Positions 40,799 through 54,718 of a DNA stretch of 64,000 bases are shown in pieces. Position 1 is the stretch's first letter, and each line of letters begins with the position of its first letter. The notes beneath the pieces were generated by a model. The model did no database searches. It saw only the letters and a list, made by a program, of their open reading frames with translations, and was not told the DNA's origin. A program made the translations under genes and the position numbers. This DNA comes from Octopus sinensis (lineage: Eukaryota), in contig NC_043005.1 of NCBI RefSeq assembly GCF_006345805.1, positions 16,058,001-16,122,000 of the forward strand. Reading direction: 5' to 3'.

Positions 40799-40848
40799 GT
40801 ACACATACAAATGGTATTACACAACATACATAAGCGCACACATATGCA

Positions 40849-41161
40849 TATATCACCGTGATCACCGTGACTGACCAGGCTATCATATGTTGTTACACAT
40901 CGCTGGTCACAATGTGCTTCGCATTGTTTTAGCCTTCAAGTGACGCCACCCCGCTGACTAAGCGAGCAGGCCAACAGAAGAAAGAGTGAGAGAAAGTGGC
41001 GAAAGAGTACAACAGGGGTCGCCACCACCCCCTGCCGGAGCCTCGTGGAGCTTTAGGTGTTTTCGCTCAATAAAGACTCACAACGCCCGGTCTGGGAATC
41101 GAAACCGCGATCCTACGACCGCGAGTCCGCTGCCCTAACCACTAGGCCATTGCGCCTCCAC
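40849..41161 (-). mobile_element. SINE family C, tail ii
   Basis: tRNA-like head; TSD ~CACATATGCA; a tail-only copy lies at 37630-37750. Confidence 0.88.
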
Positions 41162-41168
41162 ACATATG

Positions 41169-41200
<32 letters not shown>

Positions 41201-41541
41201 CATACATACTTACGTGTGTGTGTGTGTGTCTGTGTGTCTGTGTGCGCGTGTGTGTGATGGGTATCGACTCGTTAGATGACATGACCTTCGCTGACGGGTA
41301 CTGTCAGCAATGCCCGTGCATGGATTTTAAGTCGAGTGCAGCTTGCATATCACAACGGCTGTCACTCGCAATACCAAGGAACCCAGAGGCAAAGTCAGTA
41401 GAGCAGCGTTTTTATACGTACGAGTTAGCCTGCTCCTAGACGGACCCCTCAACAAAGACCTGGGGCCCTCACACGCGGTAGGATTACTACGCCCTCGGAC
41501 ACCAATACTAAATATTTCTACGTCCTGATACTCTCTCTCTC

Positions 41542-41641
<100 letters not shown>

Positions 41642-42122
41642 CATAGTAAAGTTTATTTGCCAACGTAAAGTAACAGTCCTGGCTAGGACGAATGTTACTG
41701 CTATTTAGAGCCCCCACTCAGCTCAAAGTGATATATGTGTACCAATGGTTTCTGAGTTATTTCTCTTTATCAGTACATAATAATCGCTTGGCTAGAGACG
41801 GCTGCACTAGGTCTTGTTGGAAGTATATACTTTTCTAAGTGACACACAATCACTGATCTCATAAACAGAGAAATTATTAGTTCTAAATCTCTCAACGAGA
41901 AACATGCAGCAACAGTACTTTAAAGTAAAGTTTATTTGCCAACGTAAAGTGGCAGCCCTGATTAGGACGAATGTTACTACTATTTAGCTACAGGAAAACA
42001 TCTTCTCCAGCTGGCTATCAGCGCACTAGCTGCATCCTTACACTTCGAACAAGGGAGCCAGTGTCCCTACTCTGCTCAAAGCTGCCTGTTTCTCGTTCAA
42101 AGATTTAGAATATTGTTTTCTA

Positions 42123-42168
<46 letters not shown>

Positions 42169-42388
42169 CGCACATTGATAATTGGAGAGTTTTGAACTGC
42201 AGCGAACGTAGTTAATTGCTGAATTTGTCGAAGCTCTTTTGGGTTTTGAGTTTAAATCTTACCGATGACGGCTTCTCGATTTCATTAGATATCGACTCAA
42301 TACACAATATCCCTATCATTAAAATTTATGATCTCCCGACGTTTTTAGAAATTCTTATTTTGCTATTTTGTGGAGGAAGACCCAGAAA

Positions 42389-42782
42389 TCTTTATATATA
42401 AAAGTGAGGTTGTGTGTCTGTCTTCTACGATTTAGATTCCTAACTACTCCTACATTTTGCGGTGCAGTTTAACCAAAACCGGGTATCTTATAGTCGTGAT
42501 TCATATCGAGTCCTTCTGGGTATTAGCGCGCGTCTACGATGAGTCTACGATTTAAAAAAAAAATTACCATCAATTTTTCCCATTTTTAATGCATTTTTGG
42601 TATATATAAGGGAAGTAACTCTCTAACAGTTTATTATTAAATCTCAGAACGTAAAAAGCTACAGTAAACCCCCCTCCTTTGTGGTTAACCATATTGAGAT
42701 GGCTATTATACTTTACATCTCTAAAAATGCTTATATAGTTATTTCCCTTACAAACCCGAGCAACGCCGGGCGATATTGCTAG
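42389..42782 (+). mobile_element. Non-autonomous Helitron, copy 2
   Basis: A|TC start, CCCGAGCAACGCCGGG hairpin, CTAG|T end. Confidence 0.9.
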
Positions 42783-43127
42783 TTAGTAATAAAAAAGGCA
42801 ACTTTTCGGGGACGCATTATTCTAAGACGATATAGCTTTTTATCGTAATGTAAGAGTCAGTGAATTGATGCTGCTGTTTTCTGCACTTAATTTAATCTAT
42901 GAAACCCACTCTATCTCTTAAAACCCACTGCGCCCGACAACTGTTACTCTAAACTAACATCTGTTCATCTGGTTTAAACGACAACTTAATATATATGTAT
43001 ATATATATAATAAATTGCCCCTAACGGGGGCGTAAGCATATATATATATATTTTTTTTTATTTTTATTTTTATTTTATCTAGTTTCAGCTCACGAGCTGT
43101 GGCCATGCTGGGGCACCGCCACATATA

Positions 43128-43204
<77 letters not shown>

Positions 43205-43564
43205 GATTTATGTTCATGTGTATGTGCGTGTTGCAAAGAATTAACTAACAGCAGTCATAGCTGCTGTGATGGATGTCATTTTCGTGGTAGAGGTGGGGGG
43301 AAGATTCTATATTTGGAGATACATCAAGGCGTTATGAAAATTGGCAACGGAACATGTTGCAACGCTTTATCAAAAATCAGTTCCATCTCAACACGACGTG
43401 AATTGTTTCATTTTAAGATGCGTAGTCTTTCTATCTTCCATGCGAGAAAAAAAAAAAAGAAAGAAAGAAAGAAAGAAGGAAAGAAAGATTTCACTTCACT
43501 GTGTTCTGTAACGGTGGCTGTGGACAGATAATTAGGGGTGCAGTGTTATTAGCAGAAACTAGTC

Positions 43565-43836
43565 AATGTTGTTGTTTGTTCCTTCTTGAGCCATGCTTGG
43601 CTCATAAGGGCCGGTTTCCTTGTTTCGTTGGCGCATAGGTTCCCCACATGAAGAGGAAAGAGTGAGAGAAAGTTGTGGCGAAGGAGTCAGCAGAAGTTCG
43701 CCATTACCTTCTGCTGGAGCCGCGTGGAGCTTCGGTGTTTTGTTCATAAACACACGCATCGCCCAGTCTGCGATACGAACCCGCAATCCCTCGACTGTGA
43801 ATCCGCTGCTCCAACTACTAAGAAATGTGCCTCCAC
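43565..43836 (-). mobile_element. SINE family C, tail i (internal deletion)
   Basis: Match to the 36329 copy; TSD AAACTA(G/T)TC; tail fragment at 44040-44165. Confidence 0.85.
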
Positions 43837-43910
43837 AAACTATTCTATAGTTCATTGAAAATATTTTGAAACACCAGAGCAATAATTTCTTTTTGAATTT
43901 ATTGTTTTAA

Positions 43911-43946
<36 letters not shown>

Positions 43947-43954
43947 TTATATAT

Positions 43955-43986
<32 letters not shown>

Positions 43987-44562
43987 ATATATTATATATT
44001 TATTTATATATATATATATATAATAATGATAATGCGCCCTTTTTAAAGCCTAGCTAGGCTCATGGGCCCGGTTTCCTGGTTTCTATGGCGTATGTGTTCC
44101 CCAGCTGGACGGGACGCCAGTCCATCGCAGCGTTACTCATTTTTGCCAGCTGAGTGAACTGGAGCTTCCTCTCAAAGCTTCTTAACAGAAAATAAATGAC
44201 TAGTTAAATATATAAACTTCGTTCTCTGCATCATGAGATAATTGAAAGCGCAGCGCAGGTGGATGACTGAATAGGGAAACTGTAAACCAGTCGTGAGATC
44301 GGAGAGACGTATATTGTCAATGGTCTATTTTTTTCATTCTCAAATGACATCAACTTACGAGTCTATTAAGAACACGCTATCATTGGTAAGAAGCTGACAT
44401 TGTAAGACTGACATGTTTCTTTAGCAACTTACCGTTCTGTGTCCAATTCTTTTGGTGGGTAATTTTATTGTAGCTTCGAAAAAGACTTTGTCAACTTCGC
44501 TTTCCCTAGATATACCACATGAATGGTACTCCACTGAACCAATAAATTATTATATAAACTAA

Positions 44563-44958
44563 CTAGCAGTATCGCCCGGCGTTGCTCGGGTTTGTAAGGG
44601 AAATAACTATATAAACATTTTTAGAGAGGTAAAGTATAATAGCCATCTCAATATGGCTAACCACAAAGGGGGGGGGGTACTGTAGCTTTTTACGTTCTGA
44701 GATTTAATAATAAATTTTTAGAGAGTTACTTCCCTTATATATGTCAAAAATGCATTAAAAATGGGAAAAAGTGATGGTAAATTATTTTAAAAATCGTAGA
44801 CTCATCGTAGACGCGCGCTAATACCCAGAAGGGCTCGATATGAATCACGACTATAAGATACCCGGTTTTGGTTAAACGGCACCGCAAAATGTGGGAGTAG
44901 TTAGGAATCTAAATCGTAGGAGACAGACAGCACACAACCTCACTTTTATATATAAAGA
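44563..44958 (-). mobile_element. Non-autonomous Helitron, copy 3
   Basis: TC...hairpin-CTAG at an A|T site. Confidence 0.9.
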
Positions 44959-45380
44959 TATCAGAGTATATTTTCTTATTTCGTGCGTTTATATTATGTC
45001 GCAGAAGATGAAAATTACTATTCTATGACACGGAAGGTATTCATGGCCTTATTGAAGGATCTCCAAGATTGGTGGAAGGGAAAGAGAAGAAGAAAAGCAT
45101 AAATGATTGGTTATCCCCAAACCTGGGACCTGCTTCCAATACATTGAGCCTTCAGTCTCATAATCAGTCTCATAATCAAAATCCTAAAGCCTGCCAGAGG
45201 TCAGGTGGTGATGCCATACCTGGTAATGGATTACATCTACTGATGGGCTTCTGTATAGTTTCCATCGACCTATTTTCACTCACAAGGTTTTAGACTACAG
45301 TGATTATAAAGCATTGAACACTGGTTCATCTCGGATCGGCATAAGTTTGTGTCGCAAGTCTCCAAAATTGTTGGTTGATA

Positions 45381-45936
45381 CGAGGGTGAGTCAAAAAGTA
45401 ATGCCATTTTGTTTAGTACAGGTATAATTACCAACACAGGAACATGTATCATACATCAAATAGAAGCTGGTCCTCTGTGGATCACATCCCTACTTCTCAA
45501 CATAGTCACCGTTTCTCTCAATATCAATATTCCACCTTCGAATGAGATCATGTATCCCTGCCCCGTAGTAATTCTGTTGACTGTTCTTTGAGCCACTTCT
45601 TCATTATCTCCACACTCAACAGATTTAGCGCCTTCACATTATCATCTCATCTCTTCGGCGCCACGAAATAGGGTTTGAGAGGCAAGCATTATTCCAGTGA
45701 CGAGGAAGTGAAAACTGTAGTGAAGAAGTGGCTCAAAGAACAGTCAACAGAATTTTACGGGTCAGGGATACATGCTCACATTCGAAGGTGGAACATTGTG
45801 AGAGATACGGTGACTATGCTGAGAAGTAGGAATGTGACCCACAGAACCAGCTTCATTTTGATGTATGATACATATTCCTGTGTTGGTAATTATACCTGTC
45901 CTAAACAAAATGGCATTCCTTTTTGACTCACCCTCG
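45381..45936. mobile_element. Fold-back mariner MITE made of two 3' ends
   Basis: TA-CGAGGGTGAGTCAAAAAG termini; arms 45381-45606 and 45718-45936 are inverted; C-terminal transposase RGKHYSSDEEVKTVVKKWLKEQSTEFY. Confidence 0.88.
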
Positions 45937-46794
45937 TATATTATATGCTTTCGTTTTTTTTATCTTTTTCAAAGTCTACGTTTAACGTGTTTATGAGACC
46001 TGTAATTATTTTTATAAACGAACTAAGGAAGAACCTCTTTGGCTAGGGTTGGAACCTGGCCACAATAATAATTAATAAAGGAATCTCTGCTGTCGCACGA
46101 AAAATAACTGGCGAATATTTCTCATATCATATAATACCATAGTAAAACCAGAGAAGTATATTAGAAAATAATGTTCTAGATACCTATAAAAAAAAGACAG
46201 GTTGGTCATAGATAGAAAGTCTTTGATGATAGATCCGCTGGATCAGAATTGATTGAGAATAAACAACAGGAATAGTCAGATAAAATTAAATGAAATAAAG
46301 AAGCGATAATTACCTGAACTCTGGTTAGCTTATCCTTTCCGAATCACAATGAATTACATGAGTCACTACTCATGCCTTTGAAGTAACAAATGTTGAACGC
46401 AGGTCTATCAGAGGTAAATTTTTTGTGCTTAAACATAGATAGGATAAGTAAAATCCACAATCTCTGTTGTCAGCAAAACGAAAAAAGAAGCATGCTGTGT
46501 ACTATCACCTTGTTTACACAACTTGCTCGCTAAGCGTTATGTTAACAGTAGCAGAAACCATCCGAAGTTTAACAGATAAGTACTTCTCTTCTGGTGATAG
46601 ATATAGGAAACTGATCAACAAGCAACCTTAAGTTAAATATTAGCTGCACCGCTAACATGAAAAGATTCGTAACAATAGATAGTCAAGGACTCTGTTTGTG
46701 TGTGTTTACATGCATTATGAATACATACATATACATGTATACATATATGTGTATATATAATATGTGTTTATATATGTAGGTATATGCATATATG

Positions 46795-46858
<64 letters not shown>

Positions 46859-48170
46859 AGGGTCTCGATAGATGTCCATTCACGCGAATTACCGAACGGA
46901 TGCCTCTGTACAAAGCGGCTATCCAGCCGCGGAAGACGGGACCGAAGCCAGCCGCTCCGAGGACCGCCTCCAAGTATCGATGGTCCACCCTATCGAAAGC
47001 TTTCGATTGATCCAAATTGATCAGCGCCCCACCCATGCCAGGTTCGTTAACTACCCTGTCTATGGTGTAGCGCATCAGGTCGAGGTTGTCATGGATGGTC
47101 CGGCCTGGCACGGCGCATGTTTGCGCCCTGTCGACCAGTTTCTCGATGACAAGCGCCAACCTCTTGGCTCGCACCTTGGCCAAAATTTTCAAGTCTGCAT
47201 TAAGCAGAGTGATGGGCCTAAAGTTATCTATTACATTTCCCTTGTTTAGATCTTTCTTCAGCAGTATTACGGCTCCTCGGCTCACAAAACCAGGAATGCT
47301 CCCGTTTTGCTGCCAGTTGCAGTACACCGCCGCCAAGAGATCTCCAAACAAGTCTGGCATACAATTGTAAAGCTCGTAGGGTAGACCATCAAAACCCGGT
47401 GATTTGTCCCCCGAGCATTCTGCCATCGCTTCCTGCACTTCCGCCGCCGTGATGGCACCTTCGCAGCACCCTGCCTTTCTTGTCGAGAGTCGTGGTAGGC
47501 TATGTAGGTAGGCACTGAAGTCCACCCTACGTTCTTGCCCTCCACTCGTTCCGAACAGTCGGGCAAAATGCTGCTGAAAGGCCTCACACATTTTACTTGG
47601 CTCGAGCAATTCGCGCCCCTGTTCATCTACCAGGGACCGAATGGTGGCTTTGTTGCCCTGTTGCGCCTCTGCCACCCGGGCCTCTCTCGCGGCTCCAACA
47701 CCTTCGTTCCTTAGAGCACGCATCCTAGCTCTGACAGCACATCCTTCGTGTTTGGCGTTGAAGTGTTGGTCGAGGGCCAACCTCGCCGCCAAAACGTCGG
47801 ATGCGATGCCGCTTCTAATTGCCTCTTCTAGCTTCTTAACTAGCTCACCCTCTACTCTATTTCTATCTATGGCTAGTGCTTTGCTGTACCTAATCGCTTC
47901 TGCTTTTACTGCTCTCTTGAGGGCAAACCACCATTTGTTGTTGATGATGGCTCCCGTCAAAGCCCTCTTTACTAGTGTGCTAATCCGGTCTCTGAAAACC
48001 TGTCTCGATGGGAAAGACGCGTTTAGTTTCCAGTATCCGGGGCCCTGCCTAAGTGTCTTACCTAAGTCTAGCGTACATGTCACAAGTTTGTGATCCGTGT
48101 AGCTGACTATGTGGAATTGTGGACATCCTATGCTATCTCTGTCTACTGTCCTACACAGTATCCTATCTAG
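46859..48170 (-). mobile_element. L1/Tx1-clade LINE ORF2 middle fragment (end of APE to mid-RT), stop-free
   Basis: LDRIL..DHKLV, GPGYWKLNAS, KSPGFDGLPYELY, NFRPITLLNADLKILAK, QTCAVPGRTIHDNL, LDQSKAFDRVDH, NGHLSRPF; (GATA)n on both sides. Confidence 0.93.
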
Positions 48171-48190
48171 ATGGATAGATAGATAGATAA

Positions 48191-48264
<74 letters not shown>

Positions 48265-48270
48265 GGATAT

Positions 48271-48336
<66 letters not shown>

Positions 48337-48342
48337 GGATAT

Positions 48343-48392
<50 letters not shown>

Positions 48393-48398
48393 GGATAT

Positions 48399-48490
<92 letters not shown>
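48171..48490. repeat. (GATA)n microsatellite (also 46795-46858 and 49561-49745 with TCCA/CATA)
   Basis: Direct reading. Confidence 0.95.
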
Positions 48491-49560
48491 GTTTCTTTAT
48501 TGGCCACACAGGGCTGCACACAGATGGGACAAGTTACAAGGTAGAGCTTTTCTTTTGGGGGATGAAGAGAACAAAAAACAAAAGAAAAAAAAGGGGGTGG
48601 CGTAGGTTTTCGATCAAGAGGGATCGTAAAAGGGAAGAAAAGAACAAAGAAAATGAATAAAATAAAAAGAATAAAAAGAATAAAAAAGAAAAGGAAAAGG
48701 AACAAAATGAAAGAGAAATGAAAAAAGAAGAAAAAAGGGGAAAAAAAGGGGAAAAGGAAAAAAAAAGAACGATCATTAGGGATCGTGTATCACAGTGTTA
48801 TGATATATGGTGTAAAGGGGAAAGCAAGTAAGGTTTATCCGTGGGAAGAAAAGCCTACGAAAAAGACCACGGTAACCTTGTTATATGTTACCACATTTGT
48901 TTGCAAGTGGGTAACCTTCTGTTTTCAATTTCTGGGTTCATAGGATTATGCTCAAGGTGGCTTCGTTATTCATACGTGCCATCCTTGCTACATTCACCCA
49001 TCTTTTTTTAAAACATTCGCTAGACAAAACTTGCCTCTCTACTCTCACTTTCCTTTTCAAGTGGTACTTGAAGAAGTTGATGAGAGATTGACCAGAAAGG
49101 AAAGTGTTTGTCTCCAATCCTTTCAGACGCGTCCACCAGATACATTCTTTCGCCATAGCCACAAGGATGATGAAAATAGCTCTTCCTTCCCGTTTGAAGG
49201 AAGGAGGCGTGACAATATTGACGATAGACTCAGCTGATAAACCGACTCGTCCCACACGTGACAGCAGTTGTTCGACATAAGCCCACAGGTCGGAAATTGT
49301 TGGACACTGCACGAGTGCGTGCAGAACGGTTTCGTCGCTCTGACCGCATCTCGGCCAGGTCGGCCCCGTGTTTCTCGAGCCGTGTCTGTAGAGCTTATCC
49401 CGAATGAGTAACGCTTCTCGGTAGCACTGCCAGGCCAGGGATCTCTGGAAGTTGTCCATGGGCCCTGGCCAGAAAGTCGTCCAGGTTCGCCCCGAGCTCG
49501 TCGTCGTACCTCCCCTCCACTAATCCCCTATAGAATGCTTTGGTTGTGTTGAAGTCACTC
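48491..49560 (-). mobile_element. L1/Tx1-clade LINE 3' end (ORF2 C-terminal Zn-knuckle region, 3' UTR, AATAAA)
   Basis: IRDKLYRHG..PRCGQSDETVLHALVQCP..LW; pyrimidine-rich UTR; AATAAA (48496-48501) followed by a (TATC)n tail. Confidence 0.88.
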
Positions 49561-49595
<35 letters not shown>

Positions 49596-50629
49596 GATAG
49601 ATAGATAGATGGGTAGATAGATGGATAGATAGATACATACATACATACATACGTCCATCCATCCATCCATCCATCCATCCATCCATACATACATACATAC
49701 ATACATACATACATACATACATACATACATACATACATACATACCCTCTGTTCTAAAGACTATGAAATACAATAACTATGGCGTCCGCTCTTTATAACAT
49801 GCATTTGACAGCAATTTAAACTCACATCGCTGTTTTAACAGAGCTGTGCACCTTATATCTTCTAATTTTATTGCCGAAGATATTGGTTTCTAAGTTTATC
49901 ACATGGCCATGAATTTACAAGTGAAAAGTGTAAAGTCGATTAAATAGACTCAAAGTACTTTACGAGAACTTATATTATTACTTAGCCACAGGACAAAACC
50001 TGGTAAAACTGATCTAGGATGAAAGGCCTTCCTGATGTAGCCATCTTCTGTTGTTAGCAGTATAGAAGTACGTTATCTACTTTTTTGCTTCTTTTATACG
50101 ATAGAGTGTGATCTGAGGGATATGCTGATGCTATTTCTAACAAATCAAGTGACCGCACAAGAGACTTCTCTCCGGCTCGGTCATTACTTATAGAATAGAC
50201 CAGGTATGAACAACCTTTTGCGAGATACGGGCCGCATCAGGCATGGCTCATCATTAGGCTGGCCAAACTACTAAAAACTTCAAGGTGATATTTCGTGAGG
50301 CGTGCCATCCAAAAATCCCGCGGCTGCAGTTTCACCATGACTGATTTAGATCCTTAGACGATGAAACACAATGTTAGCTTCTCTAGGGTTCGATATCAGA
50401 ACCATGTTACATGAGGACCTTTAGTTCGAGACATCAACTCGTTTTGTCACTTCGCTTTGACATATTCATAATACACTGATCATTAGCCTTTACAGGCCGT
50501 ACGCTAAATAACTTTGGTACAATGTGTTGCAATAGTCATTAAAACCGCCACTGTCATACCTTTTCTGCTTCCACCATTACCAATGTCAGCAATAGCACAG
50601 CCCCATCTTTGCTATCGTCACCTTTTAAA

Positions 50630-50962
50630 CCGGGGTTCTCAACCATTTTTTTTTGCTAGGGACCCTTTTGATTACTATTTTATTCTGGTGTAGCCCCATA
50701 GCCATTCCGTGATTAAAAACTAGTTTTATAGAAACTTCTTTCAAAATTCCTATTTTGTTTTTCACACATTCCCTTGTGTTGGCTGAAATATGTAAAACGT
50801 CAGAGAAAAAGAAACCTAGCTGTTTCTTGCAATACATACAAATAGATACATTTAAAGCAAAAGTTTTCATGAGCGCTTAAAATACTGTTGTAGATCTGTA
50901 ATTTACTATTTTGCAGCGTGGATCCCTAAAAGTCTTATATGGATCTTTGTTGAGAACTACTG
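50630..50962. mobile_element. hAT-Charlie-type MITE
   Basis: Ends CCGGGGTTCTCAAC / GTTGAGAACTACTG; TSD-like cttttaaa/ctttaaag; related 5' fragment at ~55993-56070. Confidence 0.72.
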
Positions 50963-51028
50963 CTTTAAAGTCTTCATTATTGCCAATTATACCACCAGTT
51001 TGTTGGATCTCCGGATGCAAAGCTTAGT

Positions 51029-51580
51029 GGTATTTCGTCTGTCGTTATGTTCTGAGTTCAAATTCTGTCGAGGTCGACTTTGCCTCTCATCCTTTCAGGG
51101 TTGATAAACTAAGTACCAGTTACGCACTGTGGTCGATGTAATCGACTTAATCCGTTTGTCTGTCCTTGTTTGTCCTCTCTGTGTTTAGCCCCTTGTGGGC
51201 AGTAAAGAAACAGGTATTTCGTCTGTCGTTACGTTCTCAGTTCAAATTCCGCCGAGGTCGACTTTGCCTTTCATCCTTTCGGGGTCGATAAACTAAGTAC
51301 CAGTTACGCACTGGGGTCGATATAATCGACTTAATTCGTTAGTCTGTCCTTGTTTGTCCTCTCTGTGTTTAGCCTCTTGTGAGTAGTAAAGAAAGAGGTA
51401 TTTCGTCTGTCGTTACGTCCTGAGTTCAAATTCCACCGAGGTCGACTTTGCCTTTCATCCTTTCAGGGTTGATAAACTAAGTACCAGTTACGCACTGGGG
51501 TCGATATAATCGACTTAATCCGTTTGTCTGTCTTTATTTGTCCCCTCTATATTTAGCCCCTTGTGGGCAGTAAAGAAATA
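51029..51580 (+). repeat. 3 x 184-bp tandem array of SINE A core + tail 1
   Basis: Units start GGTATTTCGTC at 51029, 51213 and 51397. Confidence 0.92.
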
Positions 51581-51589
51581 AGATGAGGG

Positions 51590-51817
51590 CTCGGCGATTT
51601 CTTGCTGAACAACCTACGCATACAAGCTCACTTCCTCCATCACATTGACATTGCACACAAAGGTGCACTGCGTGTCACATGTCAGATCTCGAAATCATCG
51701 CTGAGCAATGTGAAATGGAATTTTTTACTCAAGAACACAACGCACCGCCCGGTCCGGAAATCGAAACCGCGATTTGGCGAACGAAAATTCAACACCTAAA
51801 CCACCAGGCCACACGCC
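51590..51817 (-). mobile_element. SINE family D, degenerate
   Basis: Reverse-complement similarity to 56829-57085. Confidence 0.6.
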
Positions 51818-52965
51818 TAAATGGTACCACCGCCATTAATACTTTCGTCTTCCTCACTACCCACCGCCCACCACCCTCCACTTTTCCAACCACGGCTACC
51901 ATCTCTAATGCCCCAAATACAATTTCGCGGTCAAATAAAAAATATACTGAATGTATAACCTAAATAAGAAAGGGAAGGAGTAGTGTGGAGTACTTTGAAT
52001 GTACTCTTCCATGTTTTTGTTTGATCTCTTTTTGTTTTTCTAGTTCTTCAGTTAGAATCATCACGACTGTCTAATGATTTGGTAAAAAGAAAATTGCTTA
52101 CCAGGTGCATGGTCACGTGATGAGATGCGGTATTATTGCATAAACACAGACAGATAAACATATGCATTCTCTTCACACACACCACAAACACCCCTACACA
52201 CTCACACACACGGGCACATACTAACATACACATACACATATACACACACATAGATATTATATGCATTCTCTTCTACCTATGTACACACATTTACTATTTT
52301 CACTGCTATATTCCATTTGTTGCTATAAAAACAAAGGTGTCACGTGAATACGACGAGAAGCGTATATGACGCCATGATGACATGGTTTTCGTGTATCTGG
52401 GACATCTGTGTGTCTGAGCAATGTTTTGTCAACCTTTTAACGCTGGCCTCAAAAATCTTGCAACTGGGCCAGAAGAAAGCAATAATGGTAAATTACAGCT
52501 GTTTCTATATAGTTGTTTAACTTCCTTCTAACCTAAATTACGCTAAGTACACTTCGCAAGAAATATCGAAAGAAAAAATTGGAAATTTTTGCTTTTGGGA
52601 GTTTCTCACCAACACTCTCTGACCTCTGGCCCAAAAATGTTCTATCTTCTTGCTCAGCCTGTTCCATCGCTATTGCCACAGCCTCTGAACCCTCTTAACT
52701 TGTTAGTTGAATACCGTCTCCAACAAACTTACTCGACACACCAGCCTGTGCATATCTCTTCTCCTTTTGCCCTGCTTTCTATAATCTGCATTAACCTCCA
52801 CCCCAACACACTTGCGCACGCCTTTGCAATCTTTCTTCTCCAGAATATTAACCGATTATAATACCCTCTGTTATTTTACCTGCAGATGTCAGCCGATTCA
52901 TAATATGATAACCACTGGGAAAAGGGTGATAATGTATGTGCATCGAGGAAGCGATATAAAAATAA

Positions 52966-52996
<31 letters not shown>

Positions 52997-54136
52997 ATGA
53001 TTTTTAACGAAGGATTAAAATGTCAAATTGCCATCAAATCCGTTTCACTGAGCACTCCTGTATTTAATATTTTATATCAAACGGAGGAGTTATGCAATGT
53101 TATATAACATTATACAATAAATCTAGAGCCAGTCCACTTCGTCAGACATTTTTAATGTGTGTGTGTGTGTGTGTGTGTCTGTGTGTGTGTGTGCTTGTGT
53201 GTGTGTGTTGTAAAGATATGTGTGTAGGTATTTTTATATATATACACGTATACGACACATATACTTACACACATGCTCATACAAATAGGCAGGAACACAC
53301 ATACATATATTTAACTCATTGAAGTGGGATAAATAACGGACAGCTTGATTTTTCATTATTAAAAGCATTAATAAATAAAATATGGTCTTCAGGATGTCAT
53401 CTAGTCTACTTGTAGACCTTCCTTTCCTAATCTAATTTGCAGAAGCCAAGGTGCTCTTTTTATCCTCCCTGTCTCTTTTACTGCAGTTACTCAAGGTCCT
53501 CTGAGCTAGCAGCTCTACACCCATCCGATCTGTGTATATTATTTCTTCTCATCATTCCTACCTACGTAACCATTCCCTTCTAACATGTTCTAATCATTCC
53601 ACCCAATACTTCCTCCCCAGAAAGACTGTAGTTTAAGGACATCCTTCTATTGCACACATCTTACCAAGAAGCGAGTGGACAACTGTTATCTGCTGCAGTT
53701 ATATGTCGGACTGGGTTGAAGTGCCTTGATCTACAAGGGATTGGGGTTAGCAGAGCTGGGGATTCACTTACGTGGATCCTTTGACGGCACTATTTATGAC
53801 TATGGTACAAAGCCAGTCACTATAGAACGCCTACCGAGATGCCCTCTACTGCAAGAACCATGTACTTCCGCTCACCTTGCAATATGTATATAACGAAGAG
53901 GTTGTGAATGTAGTTATCTTTAGATGAACGAAGTTTAGCTAAATGGGAAATTGACCTACAAATATTATTCTAACGTTGAAGTTGAAGCTGAATATAAACA
54001 ACATGAACGGCTCACCAGTCTGTAGGGAGGAAGGAAGTCTTGTCTGTAAACTCTATGAGTAACGGTGTAAATGAAATCACTTCAAAGTCCATAGCTTGAT
54101 TTGTGTTCAATACTGCATGTTAATTACACTAATATC

Positions 54137-54718
54137 CTTTTCTACTCAAGGCACAGAGCCTGAAATTTTTGGGGAAGGGGTCCAGTCGATTATATTGCCC
54201 CCAGTGCGTAAATGGTACTTATTTATTCGACCCCGAAAGGATGAAAGGCAAAGTCGACCTCGGCAGAATTTCAACTCAGAACATAAAGACAGACGAAATA
54301 CTTATTTCTTTACTACCCACAAGGGGCTAAACACAGAGGGGACAAACAAGGACAGACAAAGAGATTAAGTCGATTATATTGACCCCAGTACGTAACTGGT
54401 ACTTAATTTATCGACCCCGAAAGGATGAAAGGCAAAGTCGACCTCGGCGGAATTTGAACTCAGAACGTAGTGGCAGACGAAATACCTAATTCTTTACTAC
54501 CCACAAGGGGCTAAACACAGAGGGAACAAACAAGGACAGACAAAGAGATTAAGTCGATTGTCTCGACCCCAGTGCGTAACTGGTACTTAATTTATCGACC
54601 CCGAAAGGATGAAAGGCAAAGTCGACCTCGGCGGAATTTGAACTCAGAACGTAACGGCAGACGAATTACGGCTACGCATTTCGCCCGGCGTGCTACTATT
54701 TCTGCCAACTCGCCGCCT
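54137..54718 (-). repeat. Multimeric SINE A: head, 2 x 184-bp core + tail 1, then core + tail 2
   Basis: Junctions at 54303 and 54487. Confidence 0.9.

Noticed and set aside
41275-41335. GCTGAC/GTCAGC hairpin preceded by ATGA as a SECIS
   Set aside because: No apical AA and no GA quartet partner.
46474-46630. Open frame KKHAVYYHLVYTTCSLSVMLTVAETIRSLTDKYF
   Set aside because: No convincing donor or recognisable motif; compatible with chance.
46683-48521. 612-aa ORF as a single gene
   Set aside because: Both ends are (TATC)n read-through; only 46859-48170 is LINE ORF2.
51029-51580. 184-bp arrays as CRISPR or as ribozyme-bearing retrozymes
   Set aside because: No unique spacers and no cas genes; the CGAAAGGATGAAAG segment cannot form a hammerhead.
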